From Spirochaetia bacterium (GTDB lineage Bacteria > Spirochaetota > Spirochaetia > UBA9216), in the NCBI GenBank assembly GCA_965140585.1, contig OZ223271.1, positions 1 to 23,472 on the forward strand: 23,472 nt of DNA, in the 5' to 3' direction. Made by a program: the position numbers and the translations under genes. Every line of letters begins with the position of its first letter. Position 1 is the stretch's first letter. The notes under the pieces were generated by a model, which made no database searches, was not told the origin of the DNA, and worked only from the letters and a program-made list of their open reading frames with translations. Positions 1 to 9,452 of the stretch are shown here, piece after piece.

Positions 1-774
1 GCATTTACAGGAAACAAATTTGAATTCAGAATGGTGCCTTCATCTCTGTCGATTTCAGGACCGAATACTGCAATCAATACTGCAGTTGCTGAAATACTTT
101 CAGAGTTTGCAGACAGGCTTGAAGGGGCCGGCGACAAAAATGCGGAAATTGCCGCTATTGTTAAAGAAACATACAAGGCGCATAAGAAGGTTATCTTTAA
201 CGGAAACGGTTATTCCGATGAATGGGTTGTTGAAGCTGAAAAGCGCGGATTGCCCAATATTAAATCAACTATTGAAGCTCTTCCTGTATTTGAAAGCACT
301 GAATCTGTTGAACTTTTTGGAAAGCACGGTGTTTTCTCCAAAGAGGAACTTGAGTCACGTGTTGAAATATACCTTGAAGTATATGCACAGCAGATTAATG
401 TTGAGGCTAAGCTTATGGTTGAGATTGCAGAGCGCAAGATTTATCCTGCGGCAGCTGCATATGTAAAAGAGCTCAGTGAAACAGCACTGGCATTAAAAGA
501 AGTGGTATCCGGAGCTGATCTTTCAGCCTTTACCGGAACTATCAAGAGCCTCAGTGAACAGCTTAGCGGACTTGTTGTTAAGTACACTGAACTTAAAGCT
601 CTTATCGAAAAAGCAGGGAATGCTGAAGAGGTTGCAGAATCTGCATCAATCTTCAGAAATGAAGTTTTTGTTAAAATGGGTGAACTCAGAGAGTATGGAG
701 ATGCTCTCGAAGGACTTCTCCCGAAAGAAAAATGGCCTTTCCCTGATTACGAGGACCTCCTTTTCAGGCTTTAG
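1..774 (+). CDS. glnA: Glutamine synthetase type III, C-terminal part (5' truncated by window)
   Basis: Frame is open from base 1 and reads AFTGNKFEFRMVPSS...FNGNGYSDEWVVEAEKRGLPN...WPFPDYEDLLF, characteristic GSIII C-terminal motifs. Stop TAG at 772-774. Confidence 0.93.
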   Translation, partial: AFTGNKFEFRMVPSSLSISGPNTAINTAVAEILSEFADRLEGAGDKNAEIAAIVKETYKAHKKVIFNGNGYSDEWVVEAEKRGLPNIKSTIEALPVFESTESVELFGKHGVFSKEELESRVEIYLEVYAQQINVEAKLMVEIAERKIYPAAAAYVKELSETALALKEVVSGADLSAFTGTIKSLSEQLSGLVVKYTELKALIEKAGNAEEVAESASIFRNEVFVKMGELREYGDALEGLLPKEKWPFPDYEDLLFRL

Positions 775-812
775 GAACTCTCCTGAGCTGTTGATATCTC
801 CATATTTGTCTT

Positions 813-839
813 GCCGGCGCATTGCGCCGGCTCTTTTTT
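813..839 (+). terminator. Rho-independent terminator after glnA
   Basis: Perfect stem GCCGGCGC-ATT-GCGCCGGC (813-831) followed by TCTTTTTT. Confidence 0.88.
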
Positions 840-904
840 AGACACTCATTTTTCACATATCTAATGTATCTTTACGAAATTTTCGAAATATCTCCAGGAA
901 AAAT

Positions 905-934
905 TTGACAGGTGATTGGAAAAGGGTTTACAAT
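905..934 (+). promoter_or_regulatory. Sigma70-type promoter of the sugar operon
   Basis: TTGACA (905-910), 18-bp spacer, TACAAT (929-934). Confidence 0.8.
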
Positions 935-954
935 TTATGCACACGTTTGCATAA
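935..954. promoter_or_regulatory. LacI-family operator O1
   Basis: Near-perfect palindrome TTATGCACACGTTTGCATAA with central CG, LacI/GalR-type (TGCAAACGTTTGCA-like). It lies directly after the -10 box and upstream of the lacI-family gene. Confidence 0.88.
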
Positions 955-967
955 GGTTGATCACTAA

Positions 968-1987
968 ATGACTATAAAAGAGCTTGCAAAGATTGCCGGT
1001 CTCAGTCATTCGACTGTATCCCGGAGTCTAAACGACAGCCCTCTGATTTCAGAGAAAACGAAGCAGAGGGTGAAAAAACTTGCTCAGCAGTACAACTTTG
1101 AACTTAATGCAAACGCCAGGGGTTTAATAACAAACCGTACCGGTACCATCGGAATTATTTTTCCTGCTTTGAATGATAAGTTCCGGAATCTTCAATACCT
1201 TGGCAGCTTGATGAACAGCCTGCGCTACACGATTGAAGAAGACCAGTACGACAGCATTATCACCTTTCCGAAGAACCCCAAGACCGGAAGAAGCAATATA
1301 AGCAAATTAATCAGGCAGAAAAAAGTGGACGGGCTTCTTCTTGTTGTTCAGGATATTGAGAGAGAAGACTGGAGCAGTCTGCAGGAATCGGGACTTCCCT
1401 TTGTTTCTCTTCATTTCAAATGGCAGAATGAACTTCAGCGCGGAATAAACTTTGTGTATCCGGACAATTACCGGGGCGGATACCTTGCCACTGAATGCCT
1501 TCTAAAGGCCGGTTGCAGAAAAATCATGTGCCTGTCCGAGGTTGGCGGACTGTATGAGTTTGTAGAAAGGGTAAGAGGCTACCGAACTGCTCTCAGTGAC
1601 TGGGGGATTGAGCCAAAGGAATCGGATATCGGCTATGGGATCAGCGGATTCGATTATGGATACAATTACATAATTGAACATGCTGACAGGCTTAAAGATT
1701 ATGATGGTCTTTTTGCACAGGCTGATATGATCGCAATCGGAGCGATGGAGGCGATGAAAAGTCTTGGAGTAAATATTCCGGGGGATATTTCAGTTGTAGG
1801 ATACGATGATATTGACCTTGATTATTTTTTCCGGCCGAGACTGACGACTATTCATCAGCCAAAGGAGCGGCATACTGAGATAGCCTGCCGCAGACTTATA
1901 GAAATGATTGAGAATCCGGAGGCCGAGGGGCTGGTTCAGGAGGTTATTGAACCGACTCTGCTGATGAGAGAGTCCTGTATTCTTTAA
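968..1987 (+). CDS. LacI/GalR-family transcriptional repressor
   Basis: N-terminal HTH MTIKELAKIAGLSHSTVSRSLN, hinge NANARGL, and C-terminal sugar-binding motifs (IPGDISVVGYDD, PRLTTIHQP). Confidence 0.96.
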   Translation: MTIKELAKIAGLSHSTVSRSLNDSPLISEKTKQRVKKLAQQYNFELNANARGLITNRTGTIGIIFPALNDKFRNLQYLGSLMNSLRYTIEEDQYDSIITFPKNPKTGRSNISKLIRQKKVDGLLLVVQDIEREDWSSLQESGLPFVSLHFKWQNELQRGINFVYPDNYRGGYLATECLLKAGCRKIMCLSEVGGLYEFVERVRGYRTALSDWGIEPKESDIGYGISGFDYGYNYIIEHADRLKDYDGLFAQADMIAIGAMEAMKSLGVNIPGDISVVGYDDIDLDYFFRPRLTTIHQPKERHTEIACRRLIEMIENPEAEGLVQEVIEPTLLMRESCIL

Positions 1988-2000
1988 GGAGTAAAGCTGT

Positions 2001-3713
2001 ATGGGTAATGCACACGTTTGCATAGATAAGAAGTGGTGGAAAGAATCAATAGTATATCAAATCTATCCTCGTAGTTTTTATGATTCCAACGGCGACGGCA
2101 TTGGTGATCTTCGAGGAATAATTGAAAAGATAGATTATATCAGCTCTCTGGGAATAGATGTTATCTGGCTGAATCCGGTCTACGAGTCGCCTAATGATGA
2201 TAATGGATATGATATAAGCAATTATTTCGGAATAATGCAGGAATTCGGAAGTATGAGTGACTGGGAGGAACTTCTCTCTGCTGTTCATGCACATGGAATG
2301 AAACTGATTATGGACCTGGTCGTGAACCATACATCTGATGAGCATCAGTGGTTTGTTCAGTCCAGGTCTTCCAGGGAAAACCGCTATCGTGATTACTATA
2401 TCTGGCATGATGCTGTTGACGGTCATGAACCCAGTGACTGGGGATCTCATTTTTCCGGCTCGGCCTGGCAGTGGGATGAGCAGACCGGACAATACTATCT
2501 GCATCTGTTTACCAGAAAGCAGCCGGACCTGAACTGGGAGAATGAAGCGGTACGCAAAGATGTTTTTACGATGATGAGGTGGTGGCTGGACAAGGGGATT
2601 GACGGTTTTCGTATGGATACTATAAACATGCTTTCAAAAGTTCCCGGATTTCCTTCCGTCGAAAAGAAATTTAATGGTAAATTCCGTTATGCAGGGAAGT
2701 ATTTTAATAACGGTCCTAGAATTCATGAGTTTTTGAAGGAAATGAACCGGAAAACCCTGTCGGATTACGACATCATGACCGTCGGCGAGTGTCCGGATGT
2801 ATCCCCCGAAACAGCGTTGAAGTATGTCGCACCGGAGGAAAAAGAGCTCAATATGCTATTTCAATTCGAGCATATGAGTGTGGATTATATAAACGGAAGC
2901 AAATGGGATATGATTCCCTTTGATCTGGTTAAATTTAAATCGGTCATCTCAAAATGGCAGACCGGAATGCACGGCAGAGGCTGGAACAGCAACTATCTGA
3001 TGAACCATGATCAGCCCAGGGCTGTTTCGCGTTATGGAAATGAAGGTCGTTATCGTAAAGAATCTGCGAAAATGCTGCTTGCTTTTACTCTTACACTCGA
3101 AGGAACGCCTTATATTTATCAAGGCGAAGAGATTGGTATGATAAATTCAGGTCTGACTGACATCAGTCAGTATCGGGATGTAGAAGTTAAAAATCATTAT
3201 AAAGAAGTTCAGGCTGCCGGAGGTGATACCTCTGCTGCAGTAAAAAGATATATGAAAATGAGCCGGGATAATGCAAGAACCCCTATGCAGTGGTCCGGTT
3301 CTCTCAATGCCGGATTTTCAACCGGGACCCCCTGGATTGAACCCGGTCACAGCTGGAAAGAAATCAATGTGGAGAAAGATCTGTCAGAGCCCGACTCTGT
3401 AATTGAATTCTTTCGAAAGGCAGTGAGTTTGAGAAAGAAGAATGAAGAGCTGATTTATGGAAGCTACGAAATTCTTGCAGAGAAACATTCTGCTATCTTT
3501 GCCTATCATAGAAAACTCGAAAAGAACATTTCAACAGTCATCCTTAATTTCAGCACGGAAGAAATCAGTCTTAATACCGATGAACTGCTGCAGTTAAAAA
3601 CTGCAGCCGAAACCGGTGAACTAATGCTCTGTAACTATAGTGATCTGCTTCCGGATGAAAAAACAGTGATTAGACCCTTCGAAGTAAGGGTATATAAAAA
3701 GATCAATAATTAA
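2001..3713 (+). CDS. GH13 alpha-glucosidase / oligo-1,6-glucosidase (GH13_31-like)
   Basis: WWKESIVYQIYPRSF, DNGYDIS, DLVVNHTSDEH, QPDLNWEN, GIDGFRMD (nucleophile), GE, NHDQPR, YQGEEIGM, RDNARTPMQW. SD AAGGAG at 1986-1991. Confidence 0.95.
   Translation: MGNAHVCIDKKWWKESIVYQIYPRSFYDSNGDGIGDLRGIIEKIDYISSLGIDVIWLNPVYESPNDDNGYDISNYFGIMQEFGSMSDWEELLSAVHAHGMKLIMDLVVNHTSDEHQWFVQSRSSRENRYRDYYIWHDAVDGHEPSDWGSHFSGSAWQWDEQTGQYYLHLFTRKQPDLNWENEAVRKDVFTMMRWWLDKGIDGFRMDTINMLSKVPGFPSVEKKFNGKFRYAGKYFNNGPRIHEFLKEMNRKTLSDYDIMTVGECPDVSPETALKYVAPEEKELNMLFQFEHMSVDYINGSKWDMIPFDLVKFKSVISKWQTGMHGRGWNSNYLMNHDQPRAVSRYGNEGRYRKESAKMLLAFTLTLEGTPYIYQGEEIGMINSGLTDISQYRDVEVKNHYKEVQAAGGDTSAAVKRYMKMSRDNARTPMQWSGSLNAGFSTGTPWIEPGHSWKEINVEKDLSEPDSVIEFFRKAVSLRKKNEELIYGSYEILAEKHSAIFAYHRKLEKNISTVILNFSTEEISLNTDELLQLKTAAETGELMLCNYSDLLPDEKTVIRPFEVRVYKKINN
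2008..2024. promoter_or_regulatory. Second LacI-type operator O2 inside the GH13 coding sequence
   Basis: ATGCACACGTTTGCATA is identical over 17 bp to 937-953. Confidence 0.8.
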
Positions 3714-3723
3714 GGAGTGACAC

Positions 3724-5070
3724 ATGAAAAAGATGAGAGTTTTATGGACCATCCTGGTGATGCTTTTGACCGTATCCGGCCTTGCATTTGCCGGCGGTTC
3801 ACAGGAACCTGCAGAGGAAGCGCCGGCTGTCGAGGCCGCAGATGGTGGTATGGTAACACTGAATATCGCTACAGGAAGCGTCGGAACAGAATACGAACTG
3901 CTTCAGAAACAGATTAAGCGCTATGAGGCTTCCCACCCCAATATCAAGATCAATGCTCTTGATACTCCGGACCTCGCAACCGATAGACTCGGCCTGTACC
4001 TGCAGTTCTTTGAGGCAAAGAGTTCCGAGCTTGATATCTACATGATAGATGTTATATGGCCCGGAGATTTGGCTGAACATTTTGTAGATCTGTATAAGTA
4101 CGGTGCAAAGGCGCAGGCTTCTGAGCATTTTCCTGCAATTGTTAAAAACAACACCGTTGACGGAAAACTGGTTGGAATGCCCTGGTTTACCGATGCCGGA
4201 CTTCTTTACTACAGAAAAGATCTGCTTGAAAAATACGGTTACAATAATCCTCCTGCAACCTGGGATGAGCTTACTGCAATGTCTAAAAAAATTCAGGATG
4301 GTGAAAGAAAAGCCGGTAACCAGGATTTCTGGGGATATGTATGGCAGGGTAACGCTTATGAAGGACTTACCTGCGACGCTCTTGAATGGGTTTATTCAAA
4401 CGGCGGAGGCACTATAGTAAGCGCTGACAAGAAGATTACAATCAACAATCCGGCTGCGGTTGAAGCAATTGAAATGGCGGCTTCATGGGTAGGTACAATA
4501 TCACCTGCAGGCGTTACCGGTTTCGGTGAAGAAGATTCCCGTGCAGTATGGCAGGCTGGAAACGCAGCATTTATGAGAAACTGGCCCTACGCATACGGAC
4601 TGGGAAATGCCGATGATTCAGTAATAAAAGGTAAATTTGATGTTGTACCCCTTCCAAGCGGAAAATCAGGCCACGGCGCTGCAGCACTCGGCGGATGGCA
4701 GCTGGGTGTAAGCAAGTATTCAAAGAATCCTCAGGCTGCTGTTGATTTCCTCCTCTGGCTCACCGGGAAGGAAGAGCAGAAATTCAAGGCTATCGAAGGC
4801 AGCAACAATCCAACCTTCAAGGCTGTATATGATGATCCTGAACTTGAGCAGAAGATGCCATTTATGATCAAGCTTTACGATGTATTTATGAACGCAGCAG
4901 CAAGACCATCAACTGCAACAGCACCGAAATATAATGAAACTTCAGTTGCGTTTTTTACCGCAGTACATTCAGTGCTGACAGGTGAAATGGATGCCGCAAC
5001 TGCTCTGGAAGAGCTTGAACTTGATCTTGAGGATCTGCTCGGTTATCCGACTGGAGCTCCTCAGAAATAA
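3724..5070 (+). CDS. Carbohydrate ABC transporter (CUT1) substrate-binding protein, trehalose/maltose (ThuE-like)
   Basis: Signal peptide ending AFAGGSQE. Motifs DVIWPG, PWFTDAGLLYYRKDLL, YEGLTCDALEW, AAFMRNWPYAY, LGGWQLGVSKYS. SD AAGGAG. Confidence 0.92.
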   Translation: MKKMRVLWTILVMLLTVSGLAFAGGSQEPAEEAPAVEAADGGMVTLNIATGSVGTEYELLQKQIKRYEASHPNIKINALDTPDLATDRLGLYLQFFEAKSSELDIYMIDVIWPGDLAEHFVDLYKYGAKAQASEHFPAIVKNNTVDGKLVGMPWFTDAGLLYYRKDLLEKYGYNNPPATWDELTAMSKKIQDGERKAGNQDFWGYVWQGNAYEGLTCDALEWVYSNGGGTIVSADKKITINNPAAVEAIEMAASWVGTISPAGVTGFGEEDSRAVWQAGNAAFMRNWPYAYGLGNADDSVIKGKFDVVPLPSGKSGHGAAALGGWQLGVSKYSKNPQAAVDFLLWLTGKEEQKFKAIEGSNNPTFKAVYDDPELEQKMPFMIKLYDVFMNAAARPSTATAPKYNETSVAFFTAVHSVLTGEMDAATALEELELDLEDLLGYPTGAPQK

Positions 5071-5101
5071 AACATTTCCAATACCCTGAATCGGGGCCAT
5101 T

Positions 5102-5144
5102 AAAATTTCCGGCGGAGGAGCTAATCTTTCGCCGGATAAATTTT
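5102..5144 (+). other. Intercistronic stem-loop after the binding-protein gene (mRNA stabiliser or partial terminator)
   Basis: TCCGGCGGAGGA-GCTAA-TCTTTCGCCGGA (5108-5136, with G-U pairs), flanked by AAAATT and AAATTTT. Confidence 0.7.
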
Positions 5145-5156
5145 CAGGAGAATGGA

Positions 5157-6215
5157 ATGAAAAACATGATTAATAAACAGTCAGCCCTTTCGCACAATGA
5201 GGCCAGACTCGCCATAATGCTTCTGGTGCCGACCTTCCTTGTTCTTATTGTAATAGCTTTTTATCCTCTTGGTTCTGTCTTTGTTACAAGTATGACTGAT
5301 CGGGTTTTTGCCAGTTCTGAGCAGCAGAATTTTGTCGGCGTACAGAATTATCGAAAACTGATGAGCATAACGGTTAAGGAACTTCCCCGGGTAATTGATG
5401 AAAAAACCGGTAAAGAAGTATTTGAACGCCCTGTCAGAGTCCTGCCAAGGGAGCCTTTTAGATACAAGGAGTTAAAACAGTTCAATTTTCTGGGGAAACG
5501 TTATGTTATAGGAGCAACCGACAGGGAATTTGTCCGCTCGGTTACGGATACTCTGACATTTACTGTTGCATCAGTGCTTATTGAAACCATTCTGGGGCTT
5601 GTCGTAGCGCTTGTTCTAAATATGAAATTCAAAGGCCGTGGGATCATGCGGGCTGTAATGCTTGTTCCCTGGGCTATACCCACAGCTGTCTCTTCAAGAA
5701 TATGGGAGTGGATGTTTGCTTCATCAAGAATCGGTTTTTTCAATGTCCTGTTCCAGTCTCTGGGCTGGTTTGACGGTCAGTTTGCCTTTATTACAAATTC
5801 CGCCAGTCAGCTCTGGGTTATGGTTACTATTGATGTCTGGAAAACAACACCCTTCATGGCTCTTTTAATTCTGGCCGGACTGCAGCTTATGCCGGGCCAG
5901 ATGTATGAGGCTGCAAGAGTGGACGGAGCCGGTAAAATCAGGCAGTTCTTTACACTGACGCTGCCGTTGCTCAGGCCGACACTGGCGGTTGCCCTGATAT
6001 TCAGAACCCTTGATGCGCTCAGGGTTTTTGACCTCTTCCAGATTGTACTTGCCCAGAAAAGATACTCGATGGCAAGTTTTACCTACTACCAGCTAATTGA
6101 TAACCAGGCTATGGGATACTCATCAGCCTCCAGTGTAATAATTTTTACAATAATTCTGATATTTACCGTTATTTATATAAAAATGGTCGGTGGAGTAGGG
6201 GGCAGCAATGACTAG
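5157..6215 (+). CDS. Carbohydrate ABC transporter permease (MalF/ThuF-like)
   Basis: Multiple TM segments, NFVGVQNY, LVPWAIPT, DVWKTTPFMALLILAGLQ, EAA loop MYEAARVDGA. Confidence 0.95.
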   Translation: MKNMINKQSALSHNEARLAIMLLVPTFLVLIVIAFYPLGSVFVTSMTDRVFASSEQQNFVGVQNYRKLMSITVKELPRVIDEKTGKEVFERPVRVLPREPFRYKELKQFNFLGKRYVIGATDREFVRSVTDTLTFTVASVLIETILGLVVALVLNMKFKGRGIMRAVMLVPWAIPTAVSSRIWEWMFASSRIGFFNVLFQSLGWFDGQFAFITNSASQLWVMVTIDVWKTTPFMALLILAGLQLMPGQMYEAARVDGAGKIRQFFTLTLPLLRPTLAVALIFRTLDALRVFDLFQIVLAQKRYSMASFTYYQLIDNQAMGYSSASSVIIFTIILIFTVIYIKMVGGVGGSND

Positions 6216-7074
6216 TAAAGCCGGAAAAATAACCGGAAAGGTTCTTTTCTACCTTCTGCTGATATTTATTTTTATTGAAATGATCTTTCCTTTTTACTGG
6301 GCGGTTATTTCATCGTTCAAGACCGAAGCTCAGTTGATGATGACACCTGCAACAATGCTCCCGCGGGATCCGGAAACTCTCAGGTTTTCAATGACCTTTC
6401 AGAATTTCAGAGCCGTATTCGGTAATAAGGCATTCTTGCACGGACTTGGAAACAGTGCTGTTGTTGCAGTTTCGGTAACTCTGCTGTCGCTGTGCTTCGG
6501 TTCATTTGCAGCCTTTGCCTTCGGTAAACTTCGTTTCAGATTCAAGAATGCATCACTTTATGTAATTCTTGCTATGACCATGTTCCCCCAGGTTTCGGTT
6601 CTTACAGGGCTGTATGCAGTAGTCAGGGCTTTGAATATATCTGCTGTTCCGGGGATGATTTTTACTTATCTGCTTTTCACATTACCCTTTACTGTATGGG
6701 TGCTGACTAACTTCTTCCGCGGCCTTCCTGATTCACTACTGCAGGCTGCACAGGTTGACGGGGCAACCCCCTTTCAAAGCTTTTTCAAAATACTGCTGCC
6801 GCTTACAGCTCCGGCTCTTGTTACAACCGGACTTCTTGCATTTATCCAGGCCTGGAATGAGTATCTCTTCGCGCTCACCTTTACTTCCTTTGAGCCTGAG
6901 TCAAGAACCGTGCCTGTAGTAATTGCCCTGTTCTCCGGTGAGGTTGCCTATCAGCAGCCCTTCGGTGAAATAATGGCCGCGGCGATACTTGTGACGATTC
7001 CGCTGCTTGTTCTGGTCTTTATTTTCCAGAAAAAGATTGTGGAAGGACTCACATCGGGGGCTGTGAAAGGATAG
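6208..7074 (+). CDS. Carbohydrate ABC transporter permease (MalG/ThuG-like)
   Basis: FPFYWAVISSFK, EAA-type loop LLQAAQVDGA, AWNEYLFAL, QKKIVEGLTSGAVKG. Overlaps the previous gene by 8 nt. Confidence 0.95.
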   Translation: MTSKAGKITGKVLFYLLLIFIFIEMIFPFYWAVISSFKTEAQLMMTPATMLPRDPETLRFSMTFQNFRAVFGNKAFLHGLGNSAVVAVSVTLLSLCFGSFAAFAFGKLRFRFKNASLYVILAMTMFPQVSVLTGLYAVVRALNISAVPGMIFTYLLFTLPFTVWVLTNFFRGLPDSLLQAAQVDGATPFQSFFKILLPLTAPALVTTGLLAFIQAWNEYLFALTFTSFEPESRTVPVVIALFSGEVAYQQPFGEIMAAAILVTIPLLVLVFIFQKKIVEGLTSGAVKG

Positions 7075-7076
7075 AT

Positions 7077-9404
7077 ATGAAAAGCGGATCAAAGCAAATA
7101 TCCGGATTCCCTGCATACCCATGGAAGATAACAGAAACTCAATATATCCCGGCAGGACTTGAAAAAAATGCAACAATATTTTTTCTCGGAAACGGATATA
7201 TGGGAATCCGGGGCGGACGTGAGGAAGCTGACGGTTCAGACGGAGCCTCTCACAAAGGGCTGTTCATTAACGGATTTTATGAAACATCGCCCCAAGTCTA
7301 CGGTGAATCAGCCTTCGGTTTTCCGGATAAAAAGCAGGCTATGCTCAGTCTTCCGGATCAAACTGACATCTGTTTTTATATAAACGCGGATTGCTTTTCA
7401 CTTGATGATGGCGAAATCCTGTCCTACAGCAGAACCCTCGATATGTCTGAAGGGCTGCTTTTGCGGGATATAAAATGGAAGTCTCCATCAGGAATAATTG
7501 TTGATTATCAAAGTACACGATGTGTTTCTCTTGTCAGGCCGCACTGTGCAGTACTCAGTATTCAGGTCCGTTTGCCCGAATTACCGGCGGATATCAGGCT
7601 TGTTTCAAAGACTTGGCTAAAGACCGTTTCTCACCGGGAGAATAAAAGTGATCCGCGTACCGGTGCAGGATTCGGGCATCAGGCTCTTAAGCTGCAGGAG
7701 GTTAAAGCTGAAGGCTCATCGATGTCCGCAGAATTTAAAACCCGTAACAGTAATCTTGTATTCAGCTGTGCAGCAGGGCATCAGACTGATGAATACCTTG
7801 AGTTATTATCCTGCGAAAAGGGTGAGGACAGTATAGAGTTTACTTTTACCGGAACCGAAATTCCCGGTTTCAAAATCGATCGCTTCATAGCCTGCTGTAC
7901 ATCAACTGATATTGATAAGTCATCCCCTTTGATTCGGGCGGAAAAAGAACTTGAAGATATAATGAATGAGGGGGCTGACAGAATAATAAGCGAGCACCGT
8001 GAGCATGTTGCCGGATTCTGGGAGCGTTCGGATCTGCAGATTGAAGGTGATGATTCTCTGCAGCAGGGAATACGTTTCAACCTTTTTTCAGTGTATCAAT
8101 CCGCAGGACGTGACGGGCGCCGTAATATAGCAGCGAAGGGCTTAAGCGGCGAGGGTTATGAGGGGCATTACTTCTGGGATACCGAGATCTATGTTCTGCC
8201 CTTTATGTTTTATACAAGTCCGGGGATTGCGGGGAAACTTCTTGAATACCGCTACAGCATCCTTGATGCTGCAAGGGCCCGGGCAGAGACAATGAACGAG
8301 TCCGGAGCTCTTTTCCCCTGGCGAACTATTAACGGTGAGGAAGCCTCTGCTTATTTTCCTGCAGGAACTGCCCAGTATCATATTAACGCCGATATCGCCT
8401 ATGGGGTACAGAAATATGTCGAGGTTTCAGCAGATTATGATTTTCTAATTGCCTGCGGAGCAGAGATACTGTTTGAAACTGCCCGGATGTGGATGAGCCT
8501 GGGGTTTTTCAGTCCGGACGGAGACAGCTTTCGTATAAACGGGGTAACCGGGCCGGATGAGTATACCGCAATTGTGAACAATAATTTTTTTACAAATATA
8601 ATGGCTGCTAATAATCTGGAGTATGCGGTAATAACTGCGGATTTTCTGCAGAAGACTGAGACGGAAAAACTCGGCCAGCTGAAAGCGAGGCTTAAGCTTG
8701 AAACCTCTGAGATTGCTTCATGGAGAAGAGCTTTTCAAAATATGTATCTTCCCTATGATGCCGAACTTGGGATTTATTGTCAGGATGATGCTTTTCTGCT
8801 GAAAGAGGTCTGGGATTTTAAGAACACACCAGAAGATAAATATCCGCTCCTTCTTCATTTTCATCCTCTGGTTATCTATCGCCATCAGGTTTTGAAGCAG
8901 CCTGATGTTGTACTTGCAGAATTTCTGCTGGGTAACCGTTTCCCTCCTGATCAGAAGAAACGTGATTTCGATTATTATAATGCTATCACAACCGGAGACT
9001 CATCACTTGCTCCATGTGTACAGAGTATAATGGCTTCCGAACTTGGATATTCCGAAATGGCTTATGACTACTTTATAAAGACAGCCCGTATGGATCTGGA
9101 TGATGTTAACGGAAATGTCTCAGATGGAGTACACATTGCAGCTATGGGAGGCACCTGGCTTTCAATAGTTTGCGGATTTGCAGGGATGAGAGATTATAAC
9201 GGCTTTCTTTCGTTTGCTCCTGCAATTCCAAAGAGATGGAAGAGTATTTCATTCCGGCTAAAGAAGGAAGCTGAGGTGCTGGGTATATATCTTTCACAGG
9301 CTGAGACGGAATATGAACTGCTTGAAGGGTTCAGCATTACTTTCTCACATAATGGTGAAGAGTGCCGTCTTAAATCCGGTGAATCTGTTGTGATAAAAAA
9401 CTGA
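7077..9404 (+). CDS. GH65 disaccharide phosphorylase, probably alpha,alpha-trehalose phosphorylase-like
   Basis: LGNGYMGIRG, KGLSGEGYEGHYFWDTE, AQYHINADI, VTGPDEY (catalytic Glu), KQPDV, DSSL. The GYEGHYFWD loop is closer to trehalose phosphorylases than to maltose phosphorylases (recalled as YGGxxYWDTE). Confidence 0.9.
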   Translation: MKSGSKQISGFPAYPWKITETQYIPAGLEKNATIFFLGNGYMGIRGGREEADGSDGASHKGLFINGFYETSPQVYGESAFGFPDKKQAMLSLPDQTDICFYINADCFSLDDGEILSYSRTLDMSEGLLLRDIKWKSPSGIIVDYQSTRCVSLVRPHCAVLSIQVRLPELPADIRLVSKTWLKTVSHRENKSDPRTGAGFGHQALKLQEVKAEGSSMSAEFKTRNSNLVFSCAAGHQTDEYLELLSCEKGEDSIEFTFTGTEIPGFKIDRFIACCTSTDIDKSSPLIRAEKELEDIMNEGADRIISEHREHVAGFWERSDLQIEGDDSLQQGIRFNLFSVYQSAGRDGRRNIAAKGLSGEGYEGHYFWDTEIYVLPFMFYTSPGIAGKLLEYRYSILDAARARAETMNESGALFPWRTINGEEASAYFPAGTAQYHINADIAYGVQKYVEVSADYDFLIACGAEILFETARMWMSLGFFSPDGDSFRINGVTGPDEYTAIVNNNFFTNIMAANNLEYAVITADFLQKTETEKLGQLKARLKLETSEIASWRRAFQNMYLPYDAELGIYCQDDAFLLKEVWDFKNTPEDKYPLLLHFHPLVIYRHQVLKQPDVVLAEFLLGNRFPPDQKKRDFDYYNAITTGDSSLAPCVQSIMASELGYSEMAYDYFIKTARMDLDDVNGNVSDGVHIAAMGGTWLSIVCGFAGMRDYNGFLSFAPAIPKRWKSISFRLKKEAEVLGIYLSQAETEYELLEGFSITFSHNGEECRLKSGESVVIKN

Positions 9405-9452
9405 TGCGGTTTTTACTGCAAAATTCATCAGGCCGTATTATGCTGTAAGTAT

